DNA from: Actinomycetota bacterium
Lineage (GTDB): Bacteria; Actinomycetota; Acidimicrobiia; IMCC26256; VFJJ01
Reading direction: 5' to 3'
Length of the DNA stretch: 38,136 nt
Assembly: GCA_009886115.1 (NCBI GenBank)
Contig: VFJJ01000115.1
Coordinates: 1 to 38,136 of the forward strand
The notes below the pieces were generated by a model that had not been told where the DNA came from, made no database searches, and saw nothing but the letters and a program-made list of their open reading frames with translations. Shown here piece by piece: positions 1-7,870 of this stretch. The first letter of the stretch is position 1. Each line of letters begins with the position of its first letter. The position numbers were made by a program, and so were the translations under genes.

Positions 1-38
1 CATGTGGCGGGGGCCGGCATGTGGCGGGGGCCGGCATG
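1..38. repeat. 17-bp tandem repeat CATGTGGCGGGGGCCGG x2 plus partial
   Basis: Exact copies at 1-17 and 18-34 followed by CATG; may continue beyond the window edge. Confidence 0.8.
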
Positions 39-168
39 CGAAGAACGCGGGAACCTGTGAACCCGTTGGGCGAGTCCCGACAGGGGTGCCCAGCGATGTC
101 AGCACGACCAGGCACGGCGTACGCTCCGTCACGGCTCGGACGATGGTCGATCTGATGGGGGACGGGCG

Positions 169-1875
169 ATGCTCGATCTGGTGGTGCGGGGCGGGCTCGT
201 GGTCGACGGCTCAGGACTCCCGGCGTACCGGGCCGACGTGGGCGTGCATGACGGCCGGATCGTTCGCGTCGGCACCGTTGACACCGACGGCACCGTCGGC
301 ACCGGCACCGAAGCAGCGTGCACCGTCGACGCCACCGGGCGGGTCGTGATCCCCGGGCTGATCGACATCCACACGCACTTCGACGCTCAGCTGAGCTGGG
401 ACGCGACGGCAACCCCGATGCTCGAGCACGGCGTCACCACGGTGGTGACCGGGAACTGCTCGCTCTCGCTCGCGCCACTCCGAGCCGATCAGCGCGGCCG
501 CATGTCACGCATGTTCGGGCAGATCGAGCAACTCCCCCAAGCGCTGTTCGAGGACGGCGTCGACTGGAGCTGGGAGACGTTCGCCGAGTGGATCGCCGTC
601 CGAGAACGCAGTCTGGGCATCAACCTGGCACCGCTCGTGGGGCACAGCGCGCTGCGGATGTACGTGATGGGCGACGATGCCCACGAGCGCGCGGCGACCC
701 CGCGCGAGATCGCCGAGATGCAGGGCGAGCTCGCCCGGGCCCTGGCCGCAGGCGCGGTGGGTCTCAGCGTGAGCTGCGTCGACATCGACGAGACCGGAAA
801 GCCCGTCCCCAGTCGCCTTGCGGCACCCGAGGAGATCGATGCCTTGGCCGAGACGCTCGGGGCGGCGAGCGCGATGTTGCAGATGGTCCCTGAGTACTGG
901 GACGCCACGGCGCTGTGCCAGCGCATCGACGAGCTCGCGGAGCTGTCGATCCGCTACCAGATCCCGACCACGTTCTCGCCGTTGCTCGACCAGACGCCCG
1001 GCCTCGTCGACACCGTGCTCGCCCATCTCGACGCGATCAGCTCGACGGGCGGGCGCATCTACGCGCAGGTGCAGCCGCGCGGGATCGACGTGAACTTCAT
1101 GCTCAGCGAGTGGAACTTCGCCCTGTATCGCTGCTCGGGTTGGTCGCAGGTCCTGCGGATGTCAGACCGCGACGATCAGCTTGGCGCATATGGCGATCCT
1201 GAGATCCGGAGCCGCCTGATCGCGAGCGCCTATCCCAGCGACGACCCCGTCCGCCGCGAGCAGCTCGACACTGCGTACGTGAGCGCGGTCGGCGATCGCT
1301 CGCTGTCGTCGCTGATCGGTCGAAACCTCGCCGACATCGCCCGCGAGCGGGGAGTCACGCCAGCCGAGGCGATGATCGACGTCGCTGTGGCCGACGGGCT
1401 CGAGACCCGCTTCACCAAGCCGCCATCATCGAACTGCGACCCGCAGACCATGGGCCGGATGCTGGGCCATCCGGCCGTGCTCATCGGGGCCTCCGACGCC
1501 GGCGCCCACGTCCGTGGATTCTCGACGTACGGCGACACCGCGGTCGTGCTCGGCGAGCTCGTGCGCGATCGCGCCATGTTCAGCCTCGAGCATGCCGTGA
1601 AACGAATGACGAGCGACCTCGCCGCCGCCTGGAACCTCCCCGACCGTGGGCTGCTCCGGCCGGGATACAAGGCTGACATCACGGTGTTCGACCCGGCGAC
1701 GATCGACCGTGGTGTCGAGGTCGATGTCGCCGACATGCCCACGGGATGTCGACGGTATCTTCGGGGCTCGGTCGGAGTCGACGCAACGATCGTCAACGGG
1801 TGCGTCGCCTGGACCGCTCATGGGGGATACACCACGCACCGGGCCGGTCAGATCGCCTCGCGACGGGTCGCCTGA
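169..1875 (+). CDS. N-acyl-D-amino-acid deacylase family amidohydrolase
   Basis: 568 aa; N-terminal DLVVRGGLVVDGSG, PGLIDIHTHFD metal motif, GVTTVVTGNC, SDAGAH, RGLLRPGYKADITVFDP. Confidence 0.9.
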   Translation: MLDLVVRGGLVVDGSGLPAYRADVGVHDGRIVRVGTVDTDGTVGTGTEAACTVDATGRVVIPGLIDIHTHFDAQLSWDATATPMLEHGVTTVVTGNCSLSLAPLRADQRGRMSRMFGQIEQLPQALFEDGVDWSWETFAEWIAVRERSLGINLAPLVGHSALRMYVMGDDAHERAATPREIAEMQGELARALAAGAVGLSVSCVDIDETGKPVPSRLAAPEEIDALAETLGAASAMLQMVPEYWDATALCQRIDELAELSIRYQIPTTFSPLLDQTPGLVDTVLAHLDAISSTGGRIYAQVQPRGIDVNFMLSEWNFALYRCSGWSQVLRMSDRDDQLGAYGDPEIRSRLIASAYPSDDPVRREQLDTAYVSAVGDRSLSSLIGRNLADIARERGVTPAEAMIDVAVADGLETRFTKPPSSNCDPQTMGRMLGHPAVLIGASDAGAHVRGFSTYGDTAVVLGELVRDRAMFSLEHAVKRMTSDLAAAWNLPDRGLLRPGYKADITVFDPATIDRGVEVDVADMPTGCRRYLRGSVGVDATIVNGCVAWTAHGGYTTHRAGQIASRRVA

Positions 1876-1926
1876 CCGACTCGCCATCGAGTCGGGCGCC
1901 CCGCGCGCGAACGGGTCACGGGCGGG

Positions 1927-2583
1927 TCAGGGGCCCCAGAGGGGTTGGTCGATCTCCCAGCCGACGGGGGTGCCCCACTGGTTGCGGTACGACACCTCGT
2001 GCACGGGACGGCGCGACGCGACGCCCCACTTCCCGGTGGGGTAGCCGAACGTGACGCAACAGGCCATGTTCCAGCCCTCGCCCGTCGGCACACCGAGCAC
2101 GGCGAGCGCGGCGTCGGCTTGGAACAACATCACCGACGTGAGCGCAGAGCCGACGCCCTCGGCCCGGGCCGCGAGCTGCGCCGACCAGATCGCGGGATAG
2201 ATCGAGCCGCCGCTCGAGTCGTGCTGCGAGAATCCCAACAACAGCAGGGGATAGGTCTCGAAGTTGTCGGCGAGGTACTGGGCCGAGCGGCGCATCGTCA
2301 CGAAGGCGACGCTGTCGGGGTGCTCGGGGTCGGCCGCGGCGGCATCGGCCCGGGGCTTGTAAAAGGTCGTCCACAAGGCGCCGAGGCACTCTCGGTAGAT
2401 CGGCCCGAGCCCGGCCTTGACCGCGGGATCGTCGACCAGCATGAAGCGCCAGTTCTGCTGGTTCCCCCCCGAGGGGGCACGAATCGCAGCATCGAGGATC
2501 TCCTGCTGGATCGCCTCGGGAATCGGATCGGGCTTCACCCGGCGCATGGCCCGGGTCGTGTAGAGCGCTTCGAAGACATCCAT
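1927..2583 (-). CDS. Nitroreductase family protein
   Basis: 218 aa; TTRAMRR, AAIRAPSGGNQQNWRF, LAARAEGVGS, FGYP motifs. Confidence 0.9.
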   Translation of the reverse strand: MDVFEALYTTRAMRRVKPDPIPEAIQQEILDAAIRAPSGGNQQNWRFMLVDDPAVKAGLGPIYRECLGALWTTFYKPRADAAAADPEHPDSVAFVTMRRSAQYLADNFETYPLLLLGFSQHDSSGGSIYPAIWSAQLAARAEGVGSALTSVMLFQADAALAVLGVPTGEGWNMACCVTFGYPTGKWGVASRRPVHEVSYRNQWGTPVGWEIDQPLWGP

Positions 2584-2630
2584 GGCCCCGACAATGGCAC
2601 ATCAGGTGCCCCGGAGGCGAGGATGAGCCC

Positions 2631-3149
2631 ATGTCGAACCCGAACACCGGCGCCGCTATCGCGCACATCTGGCCGGGCCTGTTCCAACAGGCCTTCGTGG
2701 TCGCCGATCTCGACCACGCCATGAAGACCTTCACCGAGCAGCTCGGGGTGCCCCGCTGGCTGGTGATGCCCGACACGCCGTCGACGTTGCAGACGCCGAC
2801 GGGCACGGTCGAGGTCGGCTGGCACCTGGCCTTCGGTTACTGCGGCGACACCCAGATCGAGCTGATCGAGCCGGTGTCGGGGCCGTCGCACCACGCCGGG
2901 TTCCTCGCCGAACGGGGAGGCGGCCCGCACCATCTCGGCTACCTCGTCACCGATCCGGCGATCGCGGATGCCGCGGCCGATGCCTTCGAGGCCGCCGGCG
3001 TCGCGTGCCTGTTCCGCATCGACATGCCCGACGGGATGATCGTCCGGTACTTCGACACCTCGCCGTTGCTCACCGAGGTGATCCTCGACGGCCCCGAGGC
3101 GTCGTTCTCGGCCATGTGCTCAGCACTCCACGATGGGCTGATCCCGTGA
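2631..3149 (+). CDS. VOC (glyoxalase/methylmalonyl-CoA epimerase-like) family protein
   Basis: 172 aa; FQQAFVVADLD, QIELIEPVSG, GGGPHHLGY. Confidence 0.8.
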   Translation: MSNPNTGAAIAHIWPGLFQQAFVVADLDHAMKTFTEQLGVPRWLVMPDTPSTLQTPTGTVEVGWHLAFGYCGDTQIELIEPVSGPSHHAGFLAERGGGPHHLGYLVTDPAIADAAADAFEAAGVACLFRIDMPDGMIVRYFDTSPLLTEVILDGPEASFSAMCSALHDGLIP

Positions 3150-4069
3150 CCGCCGCCGCGCCCGGCGCCGCGGCCCCGATCATCATCGAGGCGGCGATCA
3201 ACGGTGTCACCCGTCCCGAGCGCAATCCCCATGTGCCGCTTGCTCCCGAAGACATTCGTCGTGCGGCCGGCGCGTGCTACGACGGCGGCGCCTCGGTGGT
3301 CCATGCCCACCACGACGAGTTCGGCCTCCCGGCCGAGGTGGGCGCGGCCCGGTACGCCGAGGCCTGGGCGCCGCTGGTTGCCGAGCGCCCCGATGCCTTG
3401 TGGTACCCCACGATCGGCAGCGGGCCGACGATGGCCGACAAGCTCGCGCACATCGAGCCGCTCGTCGCCACTGCCGGATTGCGCATCGGGCTCGTCGACC
3501 CGGGTTGCATGAACCTCACCTGGGCCGACGACGACGGTCTCCCGGCGCGTGAGAGCCATCCGTACGTGAACTCGATCGCCGACATCCGGTACGCGTTCGA
3601 GCTCTGCGAGCGGCTCGAGCTGGGCCCGTCGATCGCGATCTACGAGCCCGGCTGGCTCAACAACACGTTGGCGTTCTGGCGTCGCGGTCGGCTGCCTCGG
3701 GGCGCCATGCTCAAGCTGTACTTCGGCGGGCCCAACGGGTACTTCGCGAGAGGGCGCGGCGTCTCTTTCGGCCTCGCCCCCACAGCGAAGGCGCTCGATG
3801 CCTACCTCGAGATGCTCGAGGGCTGCCCGTTGCCGTGGTCGGTCACGGTCATGGGCGGCGACATCCTCCGCAGCCCGGCGTGCCGGATGGCGGTGATGGC
3901 CGGCGGCCATCTCCACGTGGGCCTCGAAGACCATTGGAGCGATGATCCGGCCCGGGCCCATCTCACCAATGAAGCGCTCGTAGCCGAGGCCGTCGAGATC
4001 GCCGCCAGTTGCGGACGGCGTCCGGCGACGTGCGCGGAAGCCGCCGAGATCCTCGACCTTCCGCGGTGA
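3146..4069 (+). CDS. 3-keto-5-aminohexanoate cleavage enzyme family (BKACE/DUF849)
   Basis: IIIEAAING, NPHVP, GASVVHAH, GGHLHVGLED, N..LV..A..GRRPAT..EA..IL; GTG start overlaps upstream stop (GTGA). Confidence 0.88.
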   Translation: MTAAAPGAAAPIIIEAAINGVTRPERNPHVPLAPEDIRRAAGACYDGGASVVHAHHDEFGLPAEVGAARYAEAWAPLVAERPDALWYPTIGSGPTMADKLAHIEPLVATAGLRIGLVDPGCMNLTWADDDGLPARESHPYVNSIADIRYAFELCERLELGPSIAIYEPGWLNNTLAFWRRGRLPRGAMLKLYFGGPNGYFARGRGVSFGLAPTAKALDAYLEMLEGCPLPWSVTVMGGDILRSPACRMAVMAGGHLHVGLEDHWSDDPARAHLTNEALVAEAVEIAASCGRRPATCAEAAEILDLPR

Positions 4070-4081
4070 CGCTGTGCCCGT

Positions 4082-4702
4082 TCACGCGCCAGGGGTGAAC
4101 TCGACCAGCCCCAGGACGCCCTCGCCGCCAGCCACCTTCTCCTCGCCGACGAGCCCGACGCCCGGTGCGTCGTACTTGTGCTCGATGGTGTCGGGCTCCA
4201 GCGGACTCCAGTCCTCGGTCTCCACCACGGCATCGAAGACGCCTGCGGGAACGGTCCTCGACTCGGTGACGCTCAGGATCTCGAACATGTCCTCGGCCTT
4301 GCCCTCGTAGTACTCCTGGCGGAATGCCGCACCAGCGCTCGGTTGGGCGGGCATCACGATCCCCGGCACCGCGCCGTCGACAGTCGAGATCCCCATCACC
4401 AGCTTGCGCTCCTCGAGCACGGTGACCTCGACGCGCTCGGTCTCGCCGTCGCTCTCACCGACGAGCACCCAACGGGACCCGGGTAGGAACGGCAGGTACG
4501 GGTTGTCGATGCGATCGACGAAGTTGGCCGGGTCGATGACGGGGGCGTAGACGCCGCCGTCGCCCGGATCGACGACGGGAGCTGCGTCTTGCGTGGACGA
4601 CGTCGAGTCGTCGTCGCCGCAACTCGTGAGCCCGGCAGCAGCGCCGATCGCGGCGAGTGTCACGAGCATGATCCGGGCGGAGAGGTTCGCTCTCGTTGAC
4701 AT
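4082..4702 (-). CDS. Uncharacterised lipoprotein, apparently with an in-frame internal deletion (possible pseudogene)
   Basis: AAGGAG SD before ATG 4702; lipobox LTSC; IDPANFVDRIDNPY, RQEYY..AED, PLEP..EHKY.APGVG motifs. Confidence 0.7.
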   Translation of the reverse strand: MSTRANLSARIMLVTLAAIGAAAGLTSCGDDDSTSSTQDAAPVVDPGDGGVYAPVIDPANFVDRIDNPYLPFLPGSRWVLVGESDGETERVEVTVLEERKLVMGISTVDGAVPGIVMPAQPSAGAAFRQEYYEGKAEDMFEILSVTESRTVPAGVFDAVVETEDWSPLEPDTIEHKYDAPGVGLVGEEKVAGGEGVLGLVEFTPGA

Positions 4703-4775
4703 GGCTGCTCCTTGGCGCAGGGTGAACGCCGGTGCCCGTGTGGTGGGTGTGATACCGGGTCGATGGTGCGCCGTA

Positions 4776-4797
4776 GCGCCTGAACGGCGCCTGAACG
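4776..4797. promoter_or_regulatory. Perfect 11-bp tandem direct repeat (GTTCA-N6-GTTCA on minus), OmpR/PhoB-family box-like
   Basis: GCGCCTGAACG x2 in the divergent intergenic region between lipoprotein and arsC. Confidence 0.45.
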
Positions 4798-4849
4798 TGT
4801 GCCGGACGGGGGTCGGATCGGCGGGGCTGGCCGGATAGTGTCTGCGACC

Positions 4850-5221
4850 ATGACGAGCACGAGCGGGTCGACACCGGAGCTGATCGTCTTCCACAACCCC
4901 GGCTGAGGTCAGTCGCGGGGTGTGGTCGACATCCTGAAAGAGCGGGGCATCGAGTTCGGTGTGGTCCAGTACCTGAAGGACGTCCCCGGACGTGAGGTCT
5001 ACGAGCGCATGCTCGATCTGCTGGCTGACCCGCCGGCCGATCTCGTCCGCAAGGACAAGCGCTTCGCTGAGCTGGGCCTGATCGCCGACGATTACACGAC
5101 CCGAGAGTCGGTCGTCGAGCTCCTGCTCGTCCACCCTGAGCTGATGCAGCGTCCCGTCATCTTCCGCGGCGACCGTGCTGTGCTGGCCCGTCCCTCCGAG
5201 AAGGTGCTCGAGCTGTTTTGA
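4850..5221 (+). CDS. arsC: Arsenate reductase, glutaredoxin-type ArsC family; candidate selenoprotein (Sec at TGA 4904-4906)
   Basis: Read-through gives MTSTSGSTPELIVFHNPG-U-GQSRGVVDIL, matching the ArsC HNPxCxxSR active site; also DLVR, HPELMQRPV, ARPSEKV; 123 aa; TAGTGT -10-like element 8 nt before ATG. Confidence 0.85.
4916..4936 (+). promoter_or_regulatory. Candidate bacterial SECIS hairpin of arsC
   Basis: CGGGGUGU-GGUCG-ACAUCCUG, 8-bp stem with two G-U pairs; loop starts with G after a 17-nt spacer from UGA. Confidence 0.7.
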
Positions 5222-5262
5222 TGTGACCCTCGGCGCTCGGGCCCGGCGTGGCCCGCCGTCGC

Positions 5263-5607
5263 TCAGCTGGGCTCGTCAGTTGCGGGACGGGGTCGTAGGT
5301 CGTCGTCGGGGAGGCAGGGCAGCCCCTCGACGTACGTGGCGAGCTCGGCCATGACGCGGGCGGAGCGGGTGTCGAAGATGGTGGCGCGCATCTCGCTGAA
5401 GGTTCCGTCGACGATGGCCGTGCGGCTGGCGTCGAGCTGCCCGCGGAGATACTCCCAGTCGTCCCGCAAAGCCACGGGGACGTTCGAGATGCTCCGCTCG
5501 AGCACCCGATCCGCGAGTGTCAGCGCATCGGCCTGAGCTTCGACGAGCTCGCCGGGGTCCGCCATCTGCTCGAGCGACCCTGTCCCGTCGAAGGCTCCGA
5601 GGGCCAC
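5263..5607 (-). CDS. Hypothetical helical protein (start uncertain, possibly 5'-truncated)
   Basis: Coding-like acidic/helical 3' part of ORF 5263..5898; the upstream part of that ORF is antisense to the NifU-like gene and looks non-coding. Confidence 0.4.
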   Translation of the reverse strand: MALGAFDGTGSLEQMADPGELVEAQADALTLADRVLERSISNVPVALRDDWEYLRGQLDASRTAIVDGTFSEMRATIFDTRSARVMAELATYVEGLPCLPDDDLRPRPATDEPS

Positions 5608-5772
5608 GAGCTGATGACGAGCGGGGCCCGACCTGCGCCGATGCAGCCCCCGGTGACGTCTCGGGCTGCGGTCGCCGATGTTGCCTATGATCGCCCCCCG
5701 GTCGGTGCGCAGCTCGGGCACGCGATTGCGAGCGCGTCGAATCGGCCCGAGGCAACCAGCGAGGAGTCGGCG

Positions 5773-6039
5773 ATGCCCAGGATCGAGGATCTCGGAACGC
5801 CCTACGAGGTGGCGTTCAACGACGTGCGGGCGCTGGTGCGGCCCGACGGAGCCGACTTCGAGGTCGTCGAAATCGACACCGAGACCGGCACGGTCCACCT
5901 CAAGCTGGTGCTCGAAGGCGCCAACTGCGAGGAGTGCGTGATGCCCGTCGACATCCTCCAGGCCATCGCCCGTGACGTGATGTCGCGCCAGGTCCCGTCG
6001 ATCCGGGCGGTCACCATCGACGATCCCCGGGCCGACTGA
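5773..6039 (+). CDS. NifU C-terminal-like (Nfu) small protein with CxxC
   Basis: GAGGAG SD; VRALVRPDGADFEVV..VHLKL..ANCEECVMP..IL, 88 aa. Confidence 0.8.
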   Translation: MPRIEDLGTPYEVAFNDVRALVRPDGADFEVVEIDTETGTVHLKLVLEGANCEECVMPVDILQAIARDVMSRQVPSIRAVTIDDPRAD

Positions 6040-6222
6040 CGGACCGGTCGGTCACCCGTCACCGGGGAGGCGCCTGCCGTCCGCTGCTCTCGTCCGCTGC
6101 TCCGCCGGTCTGTTGTCTGTGTGGTTGATGTTGTCAGTGTTGCTCATGACATGATCTGACGGTGTATGGTGGCGATGGCGGCGTGTGCCGTGTTCGGAGC
6201 GGACCGCCCGGAGGGGTGACGC

Positions 6223-6519
6223 GTGCACTCGAGCTTGAAGCTGAAATCGGTGCTGGTCTGGCTGATCATCGGATATGTCGGTTACCTCATCTGGAACCAG
6301 CCCGGCTTCTCGGGCGGCGACATCGGCACGTTCGTGGGCAAGACCTGGGGCCTGGCCGGAGATGTGCTCTCGAAGTTCGGTGACTTCATCGGCAACCTCA
6401 ACGAGTCGACCGACACCCCGTCGAACCCCACGATCGGATCGCCAGCGAGCGCCACGATCGCAACCACCATCACCACGCTCCAGGCGGCGATCTTCACGAC
6501 GACGACCCTGGTTCCGTAA
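6223..6519 (+). CDS. Small membrane protein with Thr-rich tail
   Basis: GGAGGGG SD then GTG; one TM (VLVWLIIGYVGYLIW), amphipathic helix, Thr-rich C-terminus. Confidence 0.7.
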   Translation: MHSSLKLKSVLVWLIIGYVGYLIWNQPGFSGGDIGTFVGKTWGLAGDVLSKFGDFIGNLNESTDTPSNPTIGSPASATIATTITTLQAAIFTTTTLVP

Positions 6520-6533
6520 CGGCCGGGACTCGG

Positions 6534-7160
6534 ATGCGTCCGACGCTGCGAGAGCCGGAGCTGTCAGGCAACCGGGACGGGCGCTTCGGGGCCCTGCTCG
6601 ACGACATCCTGCGGTTCTACGGATTCCAGACCCCCGACGAGATCGTCGACGGCCACCTCGCTGTCGGCGGCCAGCGTCCCGAGCGCCACATCCTCACCGA
6701 ACGCCCGAACCCGATCGGGTTGTTCATCAACCGTCGCTTCACGATCGCGTTTCTCGTCGGTCTCGTGCTGCTTCTCGGGGCCGGCCCCGGGACTCCGCGG
6801 CTCGTCGGCGCGCTGGTGATGGTCGCTCTCGCCCTGATCTGGACGTCCAAGTACGTGGCGCTGCACTACACGAGGTACGTGATCACCTCGCTCCGGGTGC
6901 TGCGGGTCTCGGGCGTCTTCGGGCGCAAGGCCGACTGGATCCCCTGGATGCGCGTCACCGAGGTCTCGTTCCATCAGAACGTGATCCATCGGCTCGTGCG
7001 GCTGGGCTCGATCCGCATCGACTCGGCGAACGACATCGACACGCTCAAGGAGCTCACCGACATCCGCAACCCGGGCGACTTCCACCGGCGCTTGGCCCAT
7101 GTGGTGAGCGGATTCCAGAAGCACTCCACGTTCGACCTCGACGCCGTGGTCGGCGACTAG
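6534..7160 (+). CDS. Bacterial PH-domain (bPH_2/DUF304-like) membrane protein
   Basis: Two TMs then YVITSLRVLRVSGVFGR..IP..RVTEVSFHQ..RL..GSIRIDSA. Confidence 0.82.
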   Translation: MRPTLREPELSGNRDGRFGALLDDILRFYGFQTPDEIVDGHLAVGGQRPERHILTERPNPIGLFINRRFTIAFLVGLVLLLGAGPGTPRLVGALVMVALALIWTSKYVALHYTRYVITSLRVLRVSGVFGRKADWIPWMRVTEVSFHQNVIHRLVRLGSIRIDSANDIDTLKELTDIRNPGDFHRRLAHVVSGFQKHSTFDLDAVVGD

Positions 7161-7171
7161 ATCGTGCCCGA

Positions 7172-7235
7172 CTTCCTCCGCAAATTTGCGCGGAAATGCG
7201 CTCGGGGTGCGCACTTCCGCGCAAATTTCGGGAAG
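7172..7235. repeat. Long intergenic palindrome (REP-like or terminator-like)
   Basis: AAATTTGCGCGGAAATGCGC (7182-7201) pairs with 7209-7228 with 1 mismatch, 7-nt loop; outer CTTCC/GGAAG. Confidence 0.8.
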
Positions 7236-7261
7236 GGTGGCTCGGCCGGTAGCGTGGGCCG

Positions 7262-7816
7262 ATGACTTGGCTTCCTGAGACCGTCGACGGCGACACCGAA
7301 CTCGACCGGGTGTTCGGGCTCCGTCCCGAGCTGTACGCCGAGACGCGAGCCTGGTACGGGCACATCTTCACGCCGCCCGTGTGCGACCCCGTGATCCTCG
7401 AGCTGGTGCGCCTGCGCGTGGCCGAGCTGCACCGCTGCGACTCGGAGCTGGCCATCCGCTACGAGGTGGCGCGATCGGCCGGGCTCGACGACGACAAGGC
7501 CGCGGCCGTGGCCCGCTGGCCCACCGATCCCCGGTTCAGCGAAGCCGAGCGGGCCTGCCTCGCCTTCGCCGAGGCGTTCGTGATCGACGTGCACTCGGTG
7601 ACCGACGCCGACACCGAGGCGGTGCGCCGTCATCTCAGCGATCCCGAGCTCATGGGCCTGTGCAACGCCCTGGCGTGCTACGACGGCTTCATGCGCTTGC
7701 GCATTCTGCTGGGTGTCGGCCCACCGGCGGGCGCTGGCGCCGGTGCCGCCTCCTCAGCCGTCGGCCGTCCGATCTTGGTCGCGACCCCCACGGCCGATGC
7801 CCACACGCTGTTCTGA
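7262..7816 (+). CDS. Carboxymuconolactone decarboxylase/AhpD-like protein (CxxE variant)
   Basis: ELVRLRVAELHRCDSE, FSEAERACLAFAE, VTDAD..VRRHLS; TAGCGT 6 nt before ATG (leaderless). Confidence 0.82.
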   Translation: MTWLPETVDGDTELDRVFGLRPELYAETRAWYGHIFTPPVCDPVILELVRLRVAELHRCDSELAIRYEVARSAGLDDDKAAAVARWPTDPRFSEAERACLAFAEAFVIDVHSVTDADTEAVRRHLSDPELMGLCNALACYDGFMRLRILLGVGPPAGAGAGAASSAVGRPILVATPTADAHTLF

Positions 7817-7829
7817 GCTACTCGTACCG

Positions 7830-7848
7830 GTATTCAATCTTTGACTAC
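7830..7848. promoter_or_regulatory. AT-rich operator-like inverted repeat GTATTCAA-TCT-TTGACTAC
   Basis: 8-bp arms with 1 mismatch, 22 nt upstream of the CMD selenoprotein ATG. Confidence 0.55.
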
Positions 7849-7870
7849 AGAGTGCCCGTCTGGAGAACCG

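Noticed and set aside
4922..5221. 99-aa ORF as the complete arsC, and 7841..8062 / 8069..8389 as two separate genes or a pseudogene
   Set aside because: These calls would lack the catalytic motifs; both flanks are intact and hairpins follow the TGAs. Pseudogene status cannot be fully excluded without seeing sel genes
5614..5772. N-terminal extension of the NifU-like ORF (141 aa call)
   Set aside because: A strong SD (GAGGAG) precedes ATG 5773 and the domain starts there
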